Assembly: GCA_965112735.1 (NCBI GenBank)
Contig: OZ218961.1
Location: forward strand, 2,480,001-2,544,000
DNA from: Phaeosaccion multiseriatum
Lineage: Eukaryota; Protista; Ochrophyta, other classes
Direction of reading: 5' to 3'
DNA length: 64,000 bases
The position numbers and the translations under genes were made by a program. The notes under the pieces were generated by a model. It saw nothing but the letters and a program-made list of their open reading frames with translations. It made no database searches and had not been told where the DNA came from. Below, piece by piece: positions 1 through 33,660 of the stretch. Positions within the stretch are counted from its first letter, which is position 1; each line of letters begins with the position of its first letter.

Positions 1-44
1 TGCGTGCGTGTGTGTGTGCGTGCGTGCGTGTGTGTGTGCGTTAG

Positions 45-260
45 GTCGTGTACATGATAGGCTGGGCTCCTCATGAGTCGCAACAGCAGCCCAAGAGGCC
101 GGGCAGCGGCGCCACGGCACCTTCCATCGGTTCCTCCGTCAGCCACCACAAGGCCGGGGATACGTTTGCTCCAGCTCCTGCTCCTGCTCCTGCTGGTGGT
201 GCCGTATCACCAACTGCTCCTGCTACTTCTCCTGTTGCTCCGACGGAGCCGTCAACGTAG
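45..260 (+). CDS. NDUFAF5: Terminal exon of an NDUFAF5-like mitochondrial complex I assembly SAM-dependent hydroxylase/methyltransferase; the gene begins upstream of the window
   Basis: After a (GT/GCGT)n intron tail ending TTAG (41-44), the frame reads VVYMIGWAPHESQQQPKRPGSGAT. This resembles the C-terminal YMIGWxxHxSQxxPxxxGS motif of NDUFAF5 as I recall it. Stop TAG at 258-260. Confidence 0.75.
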   Translation, partial: VVYMIGWAPHESQQQPKRPGSGATAPSIGSSVSHHKAGDTFAPAPAPAPAGGAVSPTAPATSPVAPTEPST

Positions 261-342
261 TTACTTGCGCGTGGTGCTCCTTCCTTCCGTATGGTGCTGA
301 GGCAGTCCTCTCATGCCGAGGGGGAGGAGGGGTTTGGGAGAC

Positions 343-405
<63 letters not shown>

Positions 406-798
406 GTATCATAATATATGGAGTTTGCACGTTACACGACCGCGCCTGCTCCGCTCTGCACTGCTCTGCTCATCAGCCTCTCTTTGAGGAGAGCGGCGGA
501 ACAAGCCTTATGGGTGCCCTAGATAGGCGTAGTCGAGCTAATTGGGGTACTGCATTTAATGCCCACTCCATCCCAGCATGATGACTCATGCACTTTGTTG
601 TGATGAGTGCATCGATTGCTGCTCTCCATTGGAGTAGGCACAAGAAGCTTCGATATCGACCTATTCATTGATATAAGGTCACATGAACTAAAAACTGAAG
701 CTTAAAAAACTGTTATCGATTCATGTGCTCTACCGCCTTGATGGACCAATCCAATTGCTTGTATTCACACACCGTGTGTTGGTTGCCTCTGCCTACCG

Positions 799-8837
<8,039 letters not shown>

Positions 8838-9281
8838 GCTTACGCAGATGCCAAAGCTACTGCTGCTGCTCTGGTATCCTTCTGCCCTGCTGTTCGGTGT
8901 CTGTTGGCCCCTCTGGGCTCAAATCAAATCCAAAACTAGCTCCTGATGAAAGAAAAGTCAGTGAATCGTATGCTTCCAAATATGAAACGTTGAATTCATT
9001 CATCCTCGGCCGCCTCCTTCTCCACACTTTCTTCCTTTCACACGCGCTATGACTTGGCCTGTACATAGAAGCTCGCTGACGAACGCAGACTTGCTCAGTT
9101 GAATTTCCGCCTGACCGGGTTGGAACAACTCCCTGTGGCGAGCTTTGGACATGGGAGAAATGTTGGTGAAACGGAGATACGGTTGAGAGCAAAGTATATC
9201 GAGGACGAATAGTTAACATGATAGAGCTTCCAGGTGAAGAGTAATATGTCATCACCTCCTTCCACCTTCCTGAGTGGATGC
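8838..9281. promoter_or_regulatory. Putative bidirectional promoter between MSH3 and the receptor-like TPR gene
   Basis: Divergent start codons 444 bp apart and the interval is essentially free of microsatellites. Inferred from position only. Confidence 0.45.
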
Positions 9282-21691
<12,410 letters not shown>

Positions 21692-21998
21692 TTTATTTTT
21701 ACTATTCCTTCGAAGTATGGTAGGAAGGGGAGGTGGGGGGGGGGGGGGGGGGGTAGAAGTAGTGTGCCAAGGCTACTGTACGGTACTTATAGATTTCAAG
21801 CATAGCAAGACTTCCGATTCCGATTCCAAAAGACCCTCCACCAGCACCAGCCAGTCCATTCGCTGCACCTTCCGAAGCACAGTTCCTCCACCTGCTACAT
21901 GACCTGCTACATGATGTTCACATATGCATACATACAAATAGCGTTCTATATACCTCTCCTCCTCCTCCTCCTCCTCCTCCTCCTCCTCGTTCTCGTTC

Positions 21999-23973
21999 CT
22001 ACCGAAGCACCTTCCATTGGAAGCCGCACCCATCCGTACCACCCGTAGACACGAGCCTGCGATCATCGCACAGGAAGGCGACACTGCTGACCTGATTCAT
22101 GTGGCCGCGATACTCCATACTGCCCGAACCGCGGAAGCACGGGAACTTCATGAGGTTCAAGCACTGAGCATCGTTGCCACTGACCACCAAATCGCCTCCA
22201 CGTGACCGTTCCACGCATGTAACGTCTCCCTCTGCTGCTGCTGCTGCTGCTGCCCCGCCTCCACCCACGCTGCTCCTGGCCGATGCCTTACCTCCTCCAC
22301 AACCTCCACTACTACTACTACTACCCGAGGCCTCCCAGATGCCCTGGACGGGCCAACCCACTGAACATGACCAAGTGCTCCACTCCACGTCTCTAAGCTC
22401 GACAGGTCGAGACACCTGTCTACCGGCAGCAACGTCCCAAAAGAGTAACTCCCGAGCCGAGCTGTTGGTTTGGAGGAAGCGCGAGTCCGCTGAAAAGTCC
22501 ATCGATTTCACCGCTCCCCCGTGACCTCCACATGAGGCGAATCGCTTCAACTGATGATGTGCGTGGGTGTGGGTGTGCGGGTGGGGTGATCCTCCTCCTC
22601 CTCCTCCTCCTCCTCCTCCGCCCCCGTCCCCGCCCTCGAGCCCTCCTCCGCCTACAACAGCCATGAAGTATAAATGACCGTCCTTGCAGCCCGCGGCGAG
22701 CACCGTACCGTCGGGAGAGTACTTGAGCGAAGTCACATCGCTATTGCTCTTGTGCTCAGACACACCATACCCGCGCTGGGGAGAGCGACTGCCGGGCCCT
22801 CCTCCTCCGCTGGTGCTATTTAGAGTCGAGGTCGGGGACAGGAGCATCGACACTCCGCCGTCGTTGAGGAAGGAAGAGGTGCCCAGCGACACCGGGCCGC
22901 TCTTGGCACCACCACCACCACCACCACCACCACCACCACCAAATCCAAACCCTCCACGGCCCGACCTCTCCCTCTCCCGTGCGAGCAGCTGTCCCCTTCG
23001 CTTCGCTACCGCCCCGTACGTCCTTCTGTGTTGCTGTCGATCACGATGATGATGATGGTGGTGCTCGTTCTGATGCTGCTGCTGCTGCTGTTGCTGTTGC
23101 TGCTGCTGTTTGCTGCCGTGTTGACTTGTGGCCGACAGCTTTTTACGACCGATGGGCGTCCATTTGATATCCACTACTGCCGATCCTTCCTCTCTTCCCC
23201 CACCACCACCACCACCACCGCCACCACCACCACCACCACCACCACCACCACCACCACCACCACCACCACCGCCGCCGCTTCGGTCCTCTTCCAGCAGTAA
23301 GATGAGAACTTCTCCTGTCTCTGTCCCAACGGCTACGCACTTGCCGTTGGGGTGGAAGGCGATGGCCGTGGGCTTCTCCTTCAGACAGGCGGTGCTCAGC
23401 GGCCGGCGAGAGCGACTGTCCCAGAGCCGGAGAGTACGATCAGTTGCTGTCGTGGCGAACCAGAGCTGAGTATATGTATACCATACAAATGCGATGAGGA
23501 GCAGCGTTGCGGTACAGACAGAGCAAGGAAGGGGCTAGTGAGGGACGCCAGATGGTGATACCGATCAGGAGCTGTGAGTGTGTGCGCGCGTGCGTGCGTG
23601 TGTGTGGGGGTGTGTGTGTGCGTGCGTGTGTGTGCGTGTGTGCGTGTGTGTGTGTGTGTGTGTGTGGACTGATTGATGAAGCAGAAGATAGTAGGTGACT
23701 TTTGCCATTGGGCTGAGATGTCGGGGCACGGAGGATCGACATGGACGGGCCAACTTCTTGCCTCTCTTCTCTCTCTCTCAAACGAATCTTCACTCCCACT
23801 CTCTCCTTCTCCTTCCCACTCTCTCTACCTCCCTCTCCCTCCCAAGCAGTTTCTCTTTCTCTCCATACAAACAACTCTCTCTGTCCCTCTCCCTCTCTCC
23901 CCCCCTCAGTCTACCTCCCTCTCGCTCTCCCCCCCCCCCTCTCTTCTCTCTCTCTCCCTCTCTCTCTCTCTCT

Positions 23974-24018
<45 letters not shown>

Positions 24019-27000
24019 ACTCTCTCTCTCTCTCGCTCTACCCACTCGTACCTTGGTCGGGTGCTTAACAACCTCCTTGAGAAACCCGGTGTGCCCCTGC
24101 ACCACGAGCATGAAGCGAACAGTACGCCCATCCTCTCCTCCGTCACCCATCGCACCCCCCAACCCGGAAACCTGTGCAAGACACACGGCGTTGCCTGTGG
24201 TTCCTATGGCGACTGTGGTGCCTTCTCGGTTCCAACACACGCTTCTGGGCACTCCGACGGCGGGGGCGCGGGTAGAGACAGGAAGGTTGACCAACGGCTG
24301 CAGAATGCGGGGATCTGGTGTGCGTGTGATTGTCCATTGACACGTGGAAGGGGTGGGGGTGTAGGGGTGTAGGGGAGGAAGGAGGGGCGGGGTTCAGGGA
24401 GGGGGGGGGGGGGGCGGGAGAAGAGGGGGTTCAAGGGGGGAGGAGGAGGGAGTGAGGAGGGGAAGGAGAGCACGAAGCTCCTCTTCTGGTGCACTCCATC
24501 AAAAAAAGGGACTCTGCACTGCAGCATGCTCTGGGTCCCTACCCCCTCTCCAACACTATAACACCACGTAACAACACGTAACTCCACGTCATCACCACAC
24601 GTACCTGACGCTTCTCGATCCCTTAGTGCCCAGATCTTTAGCAGCCCATCTGCACCTGCCGTTACGAGCATGGCAAACTCGTCTTCTTGCCCTCCCTCTT
24701 CCCCTCCCCCGCCATGAGGGTGTACTGACGACGAGCCTCTTCGCCGTTCCGTCCTTCCGCACTGAATATCCAACACCGCCCCTGTGTGCCCATCCGCGAC
24801 CAGAAGCATGCTTCCGTGCGGCTCCCACACGGCGGGCAGGTGGGCATACTGGTCGTCGCCAGAGGTGTAGTCGTCCGTCGTGGCGCTGTAGTCGACGGCC
24901 TCTCCCCTCCTTCGCCTTTGCTTGCCGCTCGTTGTCTGTTTGTTAGACCATTGCAGAGGCAGGAGAGGGTGCGGCGTGTGAGTGAGTAGGGGCAGGGGCG
25001 ATTTACTTACACGTGCGGGCGAGCTGTGTGTGTGTATATGTGTGTGCGTGCGTGCGTGCGTGCGTGCGTGCGTGTTTCCCCCCCTCTTGTTCTCATGTGA
25101 GCTGCATTCAACCTGCCCTCGTCCACTTGCAAGGCACGGTACTCTCTCTCAGTGTCATGTGGAGGAAGAGGGAGACGAAAAGACACTTGCCCTCCTTCCT
25201 TTCCCATGCACTGCCCTCGATCCTTCTCCCCCTTCTCTCCACCCTCTCCTTGCGTCTGTCTGTCTGCCTGCCCGCCTGTCCTTCACCCTAGCTGCAGCCA
25301 GCTTACCGTATCTAAATGCGCCCAAATGAAGATTTGCCCCTTCTCCCCCCCGGACAGCACCCTCGCTCTCGGCAGCACCCCTTGTTGCGGTTGGCCCGGG
25401 GCGTCCTCCACGAACGTTACACACGTCATATCCTGACTCTCGGCCCTGCGCCCAAACGCCGCCGAATTTCCCTCGAATTGCCAATTCCAGGACGGTGGCG
25501 GTGGAACGGACGCGTTCTCCTTTGTTGCTCCTGCGCCTCCACCAGTTGGTGATACACTAGCCAGGGCTTCCCGCTTCCTCACGACTGCAGAGGCTGGCGG
25601 TGCTGTAACTCGAGAAAGGGTCCAAAACTTGATGTGTCGGTCTCCCACCGATACGAGTCCGTAGTCTGCCTCTCCGTAGGGCAGGCCGTGCGTCTCACCA
25701 TCCCGTCCGTGCAGGTGCAGGTAAGGGTTGAAGTGTATCGCGGCGACGGCGCGGCGAGACGTGCTGGCCTGCACTGTGGCAAGCTGTTCGGCCCGTGTCC
25801 AGTCCCACACACTTGCTACTTGTCCCTGCTGGCCCTCGCCTTCTGACAGGGCCAGCAGAAGCTGTGAAGGGAAGTCAAGAGAGAGAGAGAGAGAGAGAGA
25901 GACGAAGAGAGAGGGAGAGAGAAAGGGAGAGAGAGGGAGAGAGAAAGAGATGGAGAGAGAGGGAGAGAGAAAGGGAGAGACAGAGAGAAAGAGAGATGGA
26001 GAGAGAGGGAGAGAGAAAGGGAGAGAGAGGGGAGTTAGTTGTGTGTGCTGTCCGTGGGTGCGGAGGAGGAGGTGGAGCAGGTGGCCCGAAAGGTTGTGTA
26101 CATTTGCGCGTGCGTGTGTGTGTGTGTGCGTGAGTGTGCGCCATCAAGCGGTGCGGTGCGGACGCACGCACATACGCGCACACACGCGCACACACACGCC
26201 CTACCCACGCATACACAAGCACAAACACACACGCACATACACACACACACGTGCGCGCACGCACACACACAGACAAACACACGCAGGTACGTACATTTCC
26301 ATCTGGGCTGAAGTCCAGCGACGCCACCCCGCGACTTGCCATGCCCAGCGAAAGCTCCGCGATGAAGTGTGGTTCAGCCCCCCCCCCCCCTTCTTCTCTA
26401 CCCCCCTCCCCTCCCACCCGCCCTCCTCCTCCTCCTCCTCCTCCTCCTCCTCCCCCTCCTCCTCCCCCCCTACCGGCGTCGAACAAACACACCACCGCTT
26501 CCCTCCCCAGCTGCCCGCTGGCCACGATATCCACCATAGGATGGACCGCCAAGGCCATGACGTCTCCGTCGTGCCCAAGGAAGAATCGCTGCGTGTTGCG
26601 CTGAAAGTCATGGATCACCACCACGGCCGACGCAGGGAAGAGGAGCTCCCCCGAGTGCAGCCAGAGCACGTTTGTGCCCTTGGTTGTGCCCCTCCGTCTG
26701 CTCATGTGGGGTGTAGAGAAAGGGACGGACGGGGGTTGTGCCGTTTCGAGTGGGTTTGTGCCGTTTCAGAAAACAGCAACAGCAACATCACGTAGGTAGG
26801 GTGGGGGTGAGTGAAGGGGGGGAAGAACAATGCCCATCTACGGTAGAGAGAAAATGTGGTTGGTGCGCACTGGAGGATGGTACCATATGGCAGGCGTCTA
26901 ACCCTCAAGGCCGTGCTTTACCCAACTACCACCAACTCATCTCGGTCTGTCATCCTCACCTGGCAGCGCCGCTGTAGCCGTGAACGTATTCCAACGCAAG

Positions 27001-28638
27001 CTCCGCGTCTGGGGGTCTGAGGGCCACACCCCCCGCCGTAACCGCCAGAGCCTCTTGCTCCACATCGAACCACGAAGGATGGTATACAGCGCTCCGACAC
27101 TCGGGATAGCGCAGCACGGTGCGCTGCTCCGTCTGTCGAAGTGATGCATTGAGCTCCGCCCTCCTGTCCCACTCCTGCTGCTGCTGCTGCTGTTGCTGGT
27201 GGAGACTCAGCTGCGGGAGGGACACAGAAGAAGATTGGTGATGCTTTGCTGCCGGCCCCCCCTCTGCTGGCAGGGGCTGGTGCCTCAGCGTGACTTTCGG
27301 CAGGGGAATGTGCGAACTCCGCGGAGGAGGAAGCGACCCCTCCACAGGCGGTCGCCGCGGTGATGCCGTATCACCAACTGCTGCTGCGGCGGCGGCCCCA
27401 TCTCGCCGCCGCAAGGCCGCCTCCTGCCGCCGCTTCTCCTTTGCCGCCCGCTCACTCTCTGCGTATGAGGGCGGTGGTGTGGACGTCCACTTGACCGGCG
27501 GGAGCAGCGTATCATCAACTGGTGCATTCGTTCCCCCTCTGACGATCTGCGGGGAAATCGCTGGCACTGGCTTTCCTCCCTTACGGTGTGTAGCGGCGCC
27601 GCTGTGAGGCGCTGGAGAATGAGGTTTCCGGCCTCCGTCCCCCCCTCGCCCTCGCCGTCCGTCGACGGCACCCCCATAACCCCCTCGGCTCCCACTCCTC
27701 TCCTCCTCGAGCTTGCGATTGAGGTCGTCTAGCGAGGCCTTCATCTGCAACAACAGCGCGTCTCTCTTGCCAAGCTCCTGCTGCAGGCGCTGCTCCACCA
27801 TCAGGGCAATGGACTCCGCCGTCGGATCGGTGCTGTGGACATGCATCCCTGCACGCTGCTGTTGCTGCTGTTGGTCCTGTACCACCAACTGCTGCTGTTG
27901 CTGTTCCCCCGCCCTGCCGTATTTAGTCCCATGGGGCCCTCCCCCCCTGGTCGCTCTTCTTTCCTGCTCCTCTCTCAGCTGTACTCGACAGGTCCTCCCT
28001 CTCGCCACCGCCTGTATCCTTTGCGCGGCTGCCTCCTGCTCCTCCTCTGTCCTTTTGCTTACTGACGCATCGCCCCCCCATCGCTGTTCCTCCTCCTCCT
28101 GCTGCTGCTGCTGCTGCTGTGGTAGATGTCGTCTTCGCCCGGCCAAGCCTCTGCTCCGCCTTTCGCACCTCCCCCTCGCGACGGCCTGAATCTTTGCAGC
28201 CGCTCTATGTCTCTCCTCCTCTTCGGCAGCCGCCTGCAGGCGCCGCCTCTCCGCCTCCCCCTCCCTCTTCTCCCTCGCCAGTGCTTGTGCCCGGGCCGCT
28301 GTCTCCAGCTGAAGAGTGTCCTTCTCAATTTGGCGCTGGAGTTGTTCCCTCCTCCTCCTCGCTATCATGCGCCCCTCCTCTCTCAGATTGCTGCCTCTTG
28401 CCACAGCCTGAATTCGCGTGGCAGCCTCTTCCCTTCGCAGTGCCTCCTTGACCTCCTCTGCCGCGGCCCGGGCTATGGCAAGCTCCTTGGATGTCTGCCC
28501 CAGCCGTTGGGCAGTCTCCTCCGCAGCAACGGTTTGCTTCTGCCGCGCTTGCCGCAGCTCATTCTCGGCCTGAGCAGTGTGTGTGTGAGTACGTGTATTT
28601 GTGTATTTGTGTATGTGTGTGCGTGTGTGCGTGTGTGA

Positions 28639-28697
<59 letters not shown>

Positions 28698-28702
28698 TGT
28701 GT

Positions 28703-28742
<40 letters not shown>

Positions 28743-29618
28743 ATGTGTGTTGGCATGTCGGGGTGAGGTAGAAGTCCGCTTGAGATGAAGATGGCTTTGT
28801 TTGAGACGAGGGGGGCAAGACGTTCAGTACCATCTCCTTCTTTCGTTGTCGCTCCTCAAGGCGGCCCTAACTCAAACACGTACCGTCTCCAAGTCCAGTT
28901 GTAGCTGCCGGATAGTCTTTCGCTCCGGCAGGTATTTTGGATCATGCGACGATGATGTTGATGACCCGAGACCATCTCCTATATCCCCCGGATGCCTCGT
29001 TCCTGTCGTCGCCATATGCTCATCTTCTTCACTCGTCGCCTCTTCATCTGTAAGCCCGCCCTCGCCACTACTGTGTCTCCCGCCGAGCTCTCCTCTCTGC
29101 GGGGGGGCGGGGCGCGTTGGCCTCTCCCACGTACTCGTCAACCCGTCATCAGAAATGTAAAAGAATTCTCCACTCTCCCGGTCTAGTTGGGCTTTCCAAC
29201 CCTCTGGTAATGGCGAGGTCCCTCCTTCCTCTGGCCCACCTGCTGGCTCTCCATGCTGACGCTGCCGCTGCTGTGGCTCCTGTGGTCGCCACGGCTCTAC
29301 ATCTAGCCCCGGGTTGTCTTTCTTTGATATCACCTCGATGTAGTTGGAGGGGACCACGCCCTCGTCTCCGTCTCTGTTCCGCACAGTCCACCATTGGGCG
29401 TCTCCGTCTGCGTGGGTGGCGATAATCGTTAGCACGTCTGCAGTGTTGAGGGGAAGCTCGTCTCCCTCCACCGGGGTGTAGCTGAATAGCGCCTGCGCAA
29501 ACTGCTCCTGTTTCCTCACGCGCTGCTTCAGTCCTCCCCGGCCCGGAGCAGGAGCCTGCTGCCTTGTCTCTCCTTTCTCCTGACTCCAGGCGGCCGACCC
29601 GGCGCCTGTCTCTCTCAT
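21999..29618 (-). CDS. EML/EMAP-like microtubule-associated protein with N-terminal SH3, WW and three IQ motifs, 7 exons, ~1,787 aa. Exons: 29618-28884, 28569-26960, 26697-26295, 25861-25307, 24935-24605, 24314-24052, 23465-21999
   Basis: SH3: [15 protein letters not shown]...[21 protein letters not shown]: [18 protein letters not shown]...STWERP. Three IQAVARG motifs. HELP motif [19 protein letters not shown]-type WD40 segments [70 protein letters not shown]...[12 protein letters not shown]. Confidence 0.85.
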
Positions 29619-29901
29619 GGTGCGTGTAAAGACTGGGTCAAACTACCCCAGGCCGAGAAGGGGGTCGTCTCCTCCTAACCATCGCAACATCCACCGCATC
29701 GGGGCAACACATAGCGCAGTTCCCCTCCTGCCCTCTTTTGAGCAGTTACAAGTTGGCCGCCTCCGGACCATCTAGAGGAATTGGTGATATAGGATCACAG
29801 GATTCTAAATTTGTAATTTGCACTTTTGCGATCCTTTTTTCCTTTTTGCCCTCTGTGTATACAAGGAAAGGCAGCGCGCAGAGAAAATCTGGCCGTGAAA
29901 C
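29619..29901. promoter_or_regulatory. Putative bidirectional promoter between the EML-like gene and the peroxidase
   Basis: Divergent ATGs 283 bp apart, with a T-rich patch at 29805-29850. Inferred from position only. Confidence 0.45.
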
Positions 29902-31309
29902 ATGGCGCCAATGATGATGCTGTCCAGTGCCGTGCTGCTCCTTGCCTTGCAGAGTACGGCAGCGTTCTTGGTGGGCAATACCCCCAAGCCCATGCTCATG
30001 CAGAGACAGTTGAAGGAGAAACATGAGCGACCTCTTGCTGCTTCCCGGGGCACTGCACCTGGCCTGCGGCCTCTGCCAGTGTGCATGCGTGCTGTGCCGA
30101 CTTCTGGGGAGGAGGGTGGTGTGAGCAGGCGGGAGTCCATCGAAAGGGCGCTCTTGGGGGTAGCCGGTGGATTCGCCCTCGCGACCGGCTTCTCCGCGGA
30201 AGCGATTGCTGCAACTGGTGCGTGCGCTCGTCAGAGAGGGAGGGAAGAAAGAGAGGGGGGGGGGAGATTTGGTGGTGTGAAGTGAGGAGTCTGGGTCAAT
30301 ACCTGCTGCTACAGGGTTGGACCTGTCCATTTGTTGCTCTTCGCTCAGACCACAACGAGCTTGGCACCACCTCGGTCAACAACGGCCGGAGGAAGGGGAA
30401 GGAAATAGCTATTCGGACACGCGGCCACCCTGGTATAGTGCGCATAGTGACACTCTGGCCAGCGCAAAAGGAATCGTCCCCCCAGTCATGTATTTGCCCG
30501 ACGTTCAATTGACACCTGTATTCCTTCCCTCCATGCCGCCTTTGCTCTCCTTGAAAACGAAAAAAGATAAATACACAAAGGTTAGCAAGGCGATTGACAA
30601 GATGGTCACACAGAGTCCCGACAAAGGCCCCACACTGGTGCGCTTAGCCTGGCACGCCTCAGGTACGGAGTACGCTGCCAACCCCATGGGGCTTCGGGAC
30701 GGGGCTCCATGACAGCAGGGGCGAGGGGCCGTACAGCAGAGGCGAGGGCCCGTCTGTCCGGAGGAGGTGCTTGCTTTCCTTGCGCAAGTGGGTCGACTTA
30801 CAGAGCTGGTCTCACCCCTCCCCCCACCCCTTTTTGCGGACTCCCTGTACATGGCCCCTCCCTTTGTATTTATGAGCTCTAAAGCCCATCACTGTGTCGA
30901 ACACCGTCGCTCTTACTGGCTCTGTGCGGCGCACCATGTTGTTCAGGTACATACGACAAGATTGCTCGCGACGGAGGAAGCTTTGGGGGCACCATTCGCT
31001 TCAAGGAGGAACTTGAACACGGGGCCAACGCCGGCCTCCTGACGGCAGTGGAGTGGCTCGAGCCCATCAAGAAGGTGCGCATGTGTGTGTGTGCGCGTGA
31101 GTGTGCGTGCGTGTGGGTGTGCGTGCGTGTGTGTCTGTGTGTCTGTGTGCGTGTGTATACAGTAATCTCGGCAAGACGACGGGGGTGCCCCTGGGAGGAA
31201 ACGAAGACGACGCTCTCTTTCCGTGGCTCTTGTCTTGTTTTCACTTGTCTCTCGTCATGTCCCGAATGCCAACCAATGTCTCTTTGTCTCTCTCTGTCTT
31301 CTCCCCTCG

Positions 31310-31347
<38 letters not shown>

Positions 31348-33660
31348 TCTCCCCCCGCTCCCTCACTGTCTTCTCTCTCTCTCTCTCTGCTTCTCTGTCT
31401 CTGTCTCTCCCTCCCCTCTGCCTCTCTCCCTCCGCCGCTCTCTGTCCCTATCTATCTATCTCCTCTCTCTCGCCCCCCCCCCAGGCGAACCCCTCAGTCT
31501 CTTACGGTGACTTGTACACGCTCGCAGGCGTCCAAGCCATCAAGACAATGAAAGGCCCTGACATCAAGTGGAGGGCAGGGAGGAAGGTGAGTATCTCAAC
31601 CGAAAGCGCAGGGAGGAAATGGCACTGCTGGTGGCACCCACCCGTCAGCAGCACTTTAATGAGCATTGAGACACCGAACGTTGGGAGTGAATGGGGGGGG
31701 TCGCCGCCGTCGCATATCCTCTTGTACATGGCGCTAAATGATGATGATGATGATGTGCTTTTGTTGACAGGATGCAATGGACGCCTCTTCTGTAACGCCT
31801 GACGGGAGGCTGCCCGCAGCAGACAAGGGCAACCCAAAGGCCACAGCGAAGGGTCTGCGAGACATTTTCTACCGCATGGGCTTCAACGATCAGGTGGGGG
31901 AGAGGGCAGACAGGCAGACAGGTGTGCATGCCTACACCTCGACAAGTCTTGGTTCAGCTTTGCCTTACCTGAGTACTTACACCACGTCTTTGTTGTTGTT
32001 GTTGTTGTTGTTGTTGTTTGATCCTTTGCAGGAGATTGTTGCCCTCTCCGGTGCTCACGCTCTCGGCCGCTGCCACGCCAACGCCAGTGGGTATGAGGGT
32101 CCGTGGACACCCAACCCGACCAACTGTGAGTGCACTCCCGCCTACCAACTTGTGTACCAACTTGTGCCTACTACCTCCTTCACCTCTACGATCTTCCCTT
32201 ACTGCCCTGGTCACAAGAGTAGCGACGTGCAGCCCCTTCTTCTCTTTCGATCCATGATGAAGGGCGTGATTCAAGCAGAGGGGTGGGGAGGAAGCGCTCG
32301 CCCTTCGTCCTACTACAAAGTACTTCTGCACCTAGCAGCAGCCGCATCTTTCATATGTGGAGCCCTAGACTGACCGTTTCGCCTTTCGTACGTTCGTTTT
32401 CTCTCTGTACCCTCTGCCTTTCATGCTCGCCCTTCTCCTTGCCCGTCGCCCCCCCCACCCCCGCTTTTCTCAATTTCTCAGTCAGTAACTTATACTTTGT
32501 GGTAAGTGAGGAAGAAGAGGAGGAGAAAGCTGAAACGCACACTGTGTTGGACCAATAGAGGAGGGGGGGGGGGAGGGAGAAAGAGGAGGCTGCTGCTGCT
32601 GCTGCTGGTGCTGCTTTTGTATGCGGTACTCTTGACTCTTAAAACTGATTTTGTCTCCACTCTTTTCCTGTAATCTCCTGCCCTTTTTTGTTCGTGGTCT
32701 TGAATCTCCTGCCCTTTTGTTCCGTGGCCTTATGCACCTGTATGTGCTTCCTTTCTTCTCTTCAGCTCCTCAGGAACTTGAAATGGACGCCCCGCAAATG
32801 GGAGGGCCCATTCCAATACCAGGATCCGACGGGCGAGCTCATGATGCTTCCCTCAGACCTTGTACTCATCGAGGTGCGTACTGGCTGCGCAGAGCAGGAG
32901 GAGGAGGAGGAGGAGGAGGAGGAGGAGGAGAAGAAGAAGAAGGAGGAGGAGGAGGAGGAGGTGGAGGAGGGAGGTGAGGAATGAGCATGCAAGGAGAGGG
33001 GGTTGCAGTAGACCCGTTGCAAATATAGGACCGAGGAAGGCTGCCTTCACAACCTCACAACCTAACTATCTCACAATCTCACTCACAACCTCACAACCTC
33101 ACAACCTCACAATCTCACAACCTCACAATCTCACAACCTCACAACCTCTGTCTGATGGTGTTAGAAGGTCCACGCCCCTCTCCAGCTCGCTCTCTCTCTC
33201 TGACGCCTCTCTCTGACTCTCGCGATTTCTCTCTTCTCTCTCTTTTGAAGGACAAAGAGTTCAAGAAATACGTGGATCTGTATGCAGAGAACAATGCGAA
33301 GGTACGAAGAGGAATCGAACGCGGAAAAGCAAAAGCATGAAGTGACAGGGGCTTCGGGGTTGCTTAGGGTGGAGTCCGAGCAGAGGGACTCTACAAAGCC
33401 GAAGTGACTGACCCGACTGACCGACCCGCTGCCTCGGCTTTCCCTTCCGGGGCATGAGCAGCACAGTTTGCGCTTACCTGTCTGCGTTTTCACTACCCGC
33501 CAGAGGCTGATCTTCATTCCCACTCCCTCCCTCCCTCCCTCTCTCTCTCTCCCGTCCTTCCTTCCTTCCCGTATTCCCTTAGTTCTTCGAGGACTTCAGC
33601 GCAGCTTTCACCAAACTGCAGGAGCTCGGCTGCGCCGGCCTCGTCGACGTCCCTGTCTAG
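29902..33660 (+). CDS. Class I heme peroxidase (cytochrome c peroxidase / ascorbate peroxidase family) with a plastid and predicted thylakoid-lumen presequence, 10 exons, ~371 aa. Exons: 29902-30217, 30567-30662, 30947-31074, 31485-31586, 31771-31893, 32032-32125, 32482-32501, 32766-32873, 33251-33301, 33583-33660
   Basis: Distal motif [59 protein letters not shown] (proximal His), [30 protein letters not shown]. Confidence 0.93.

Noticed and set aside
28770-28883. Stop read-through or an extra exon after LETVRV* in the EML-like gene
   Set aside because: The donor at 28884 splices in phase to 28569 and gives a continuous coiled coil, so the extra sequence is not needed.
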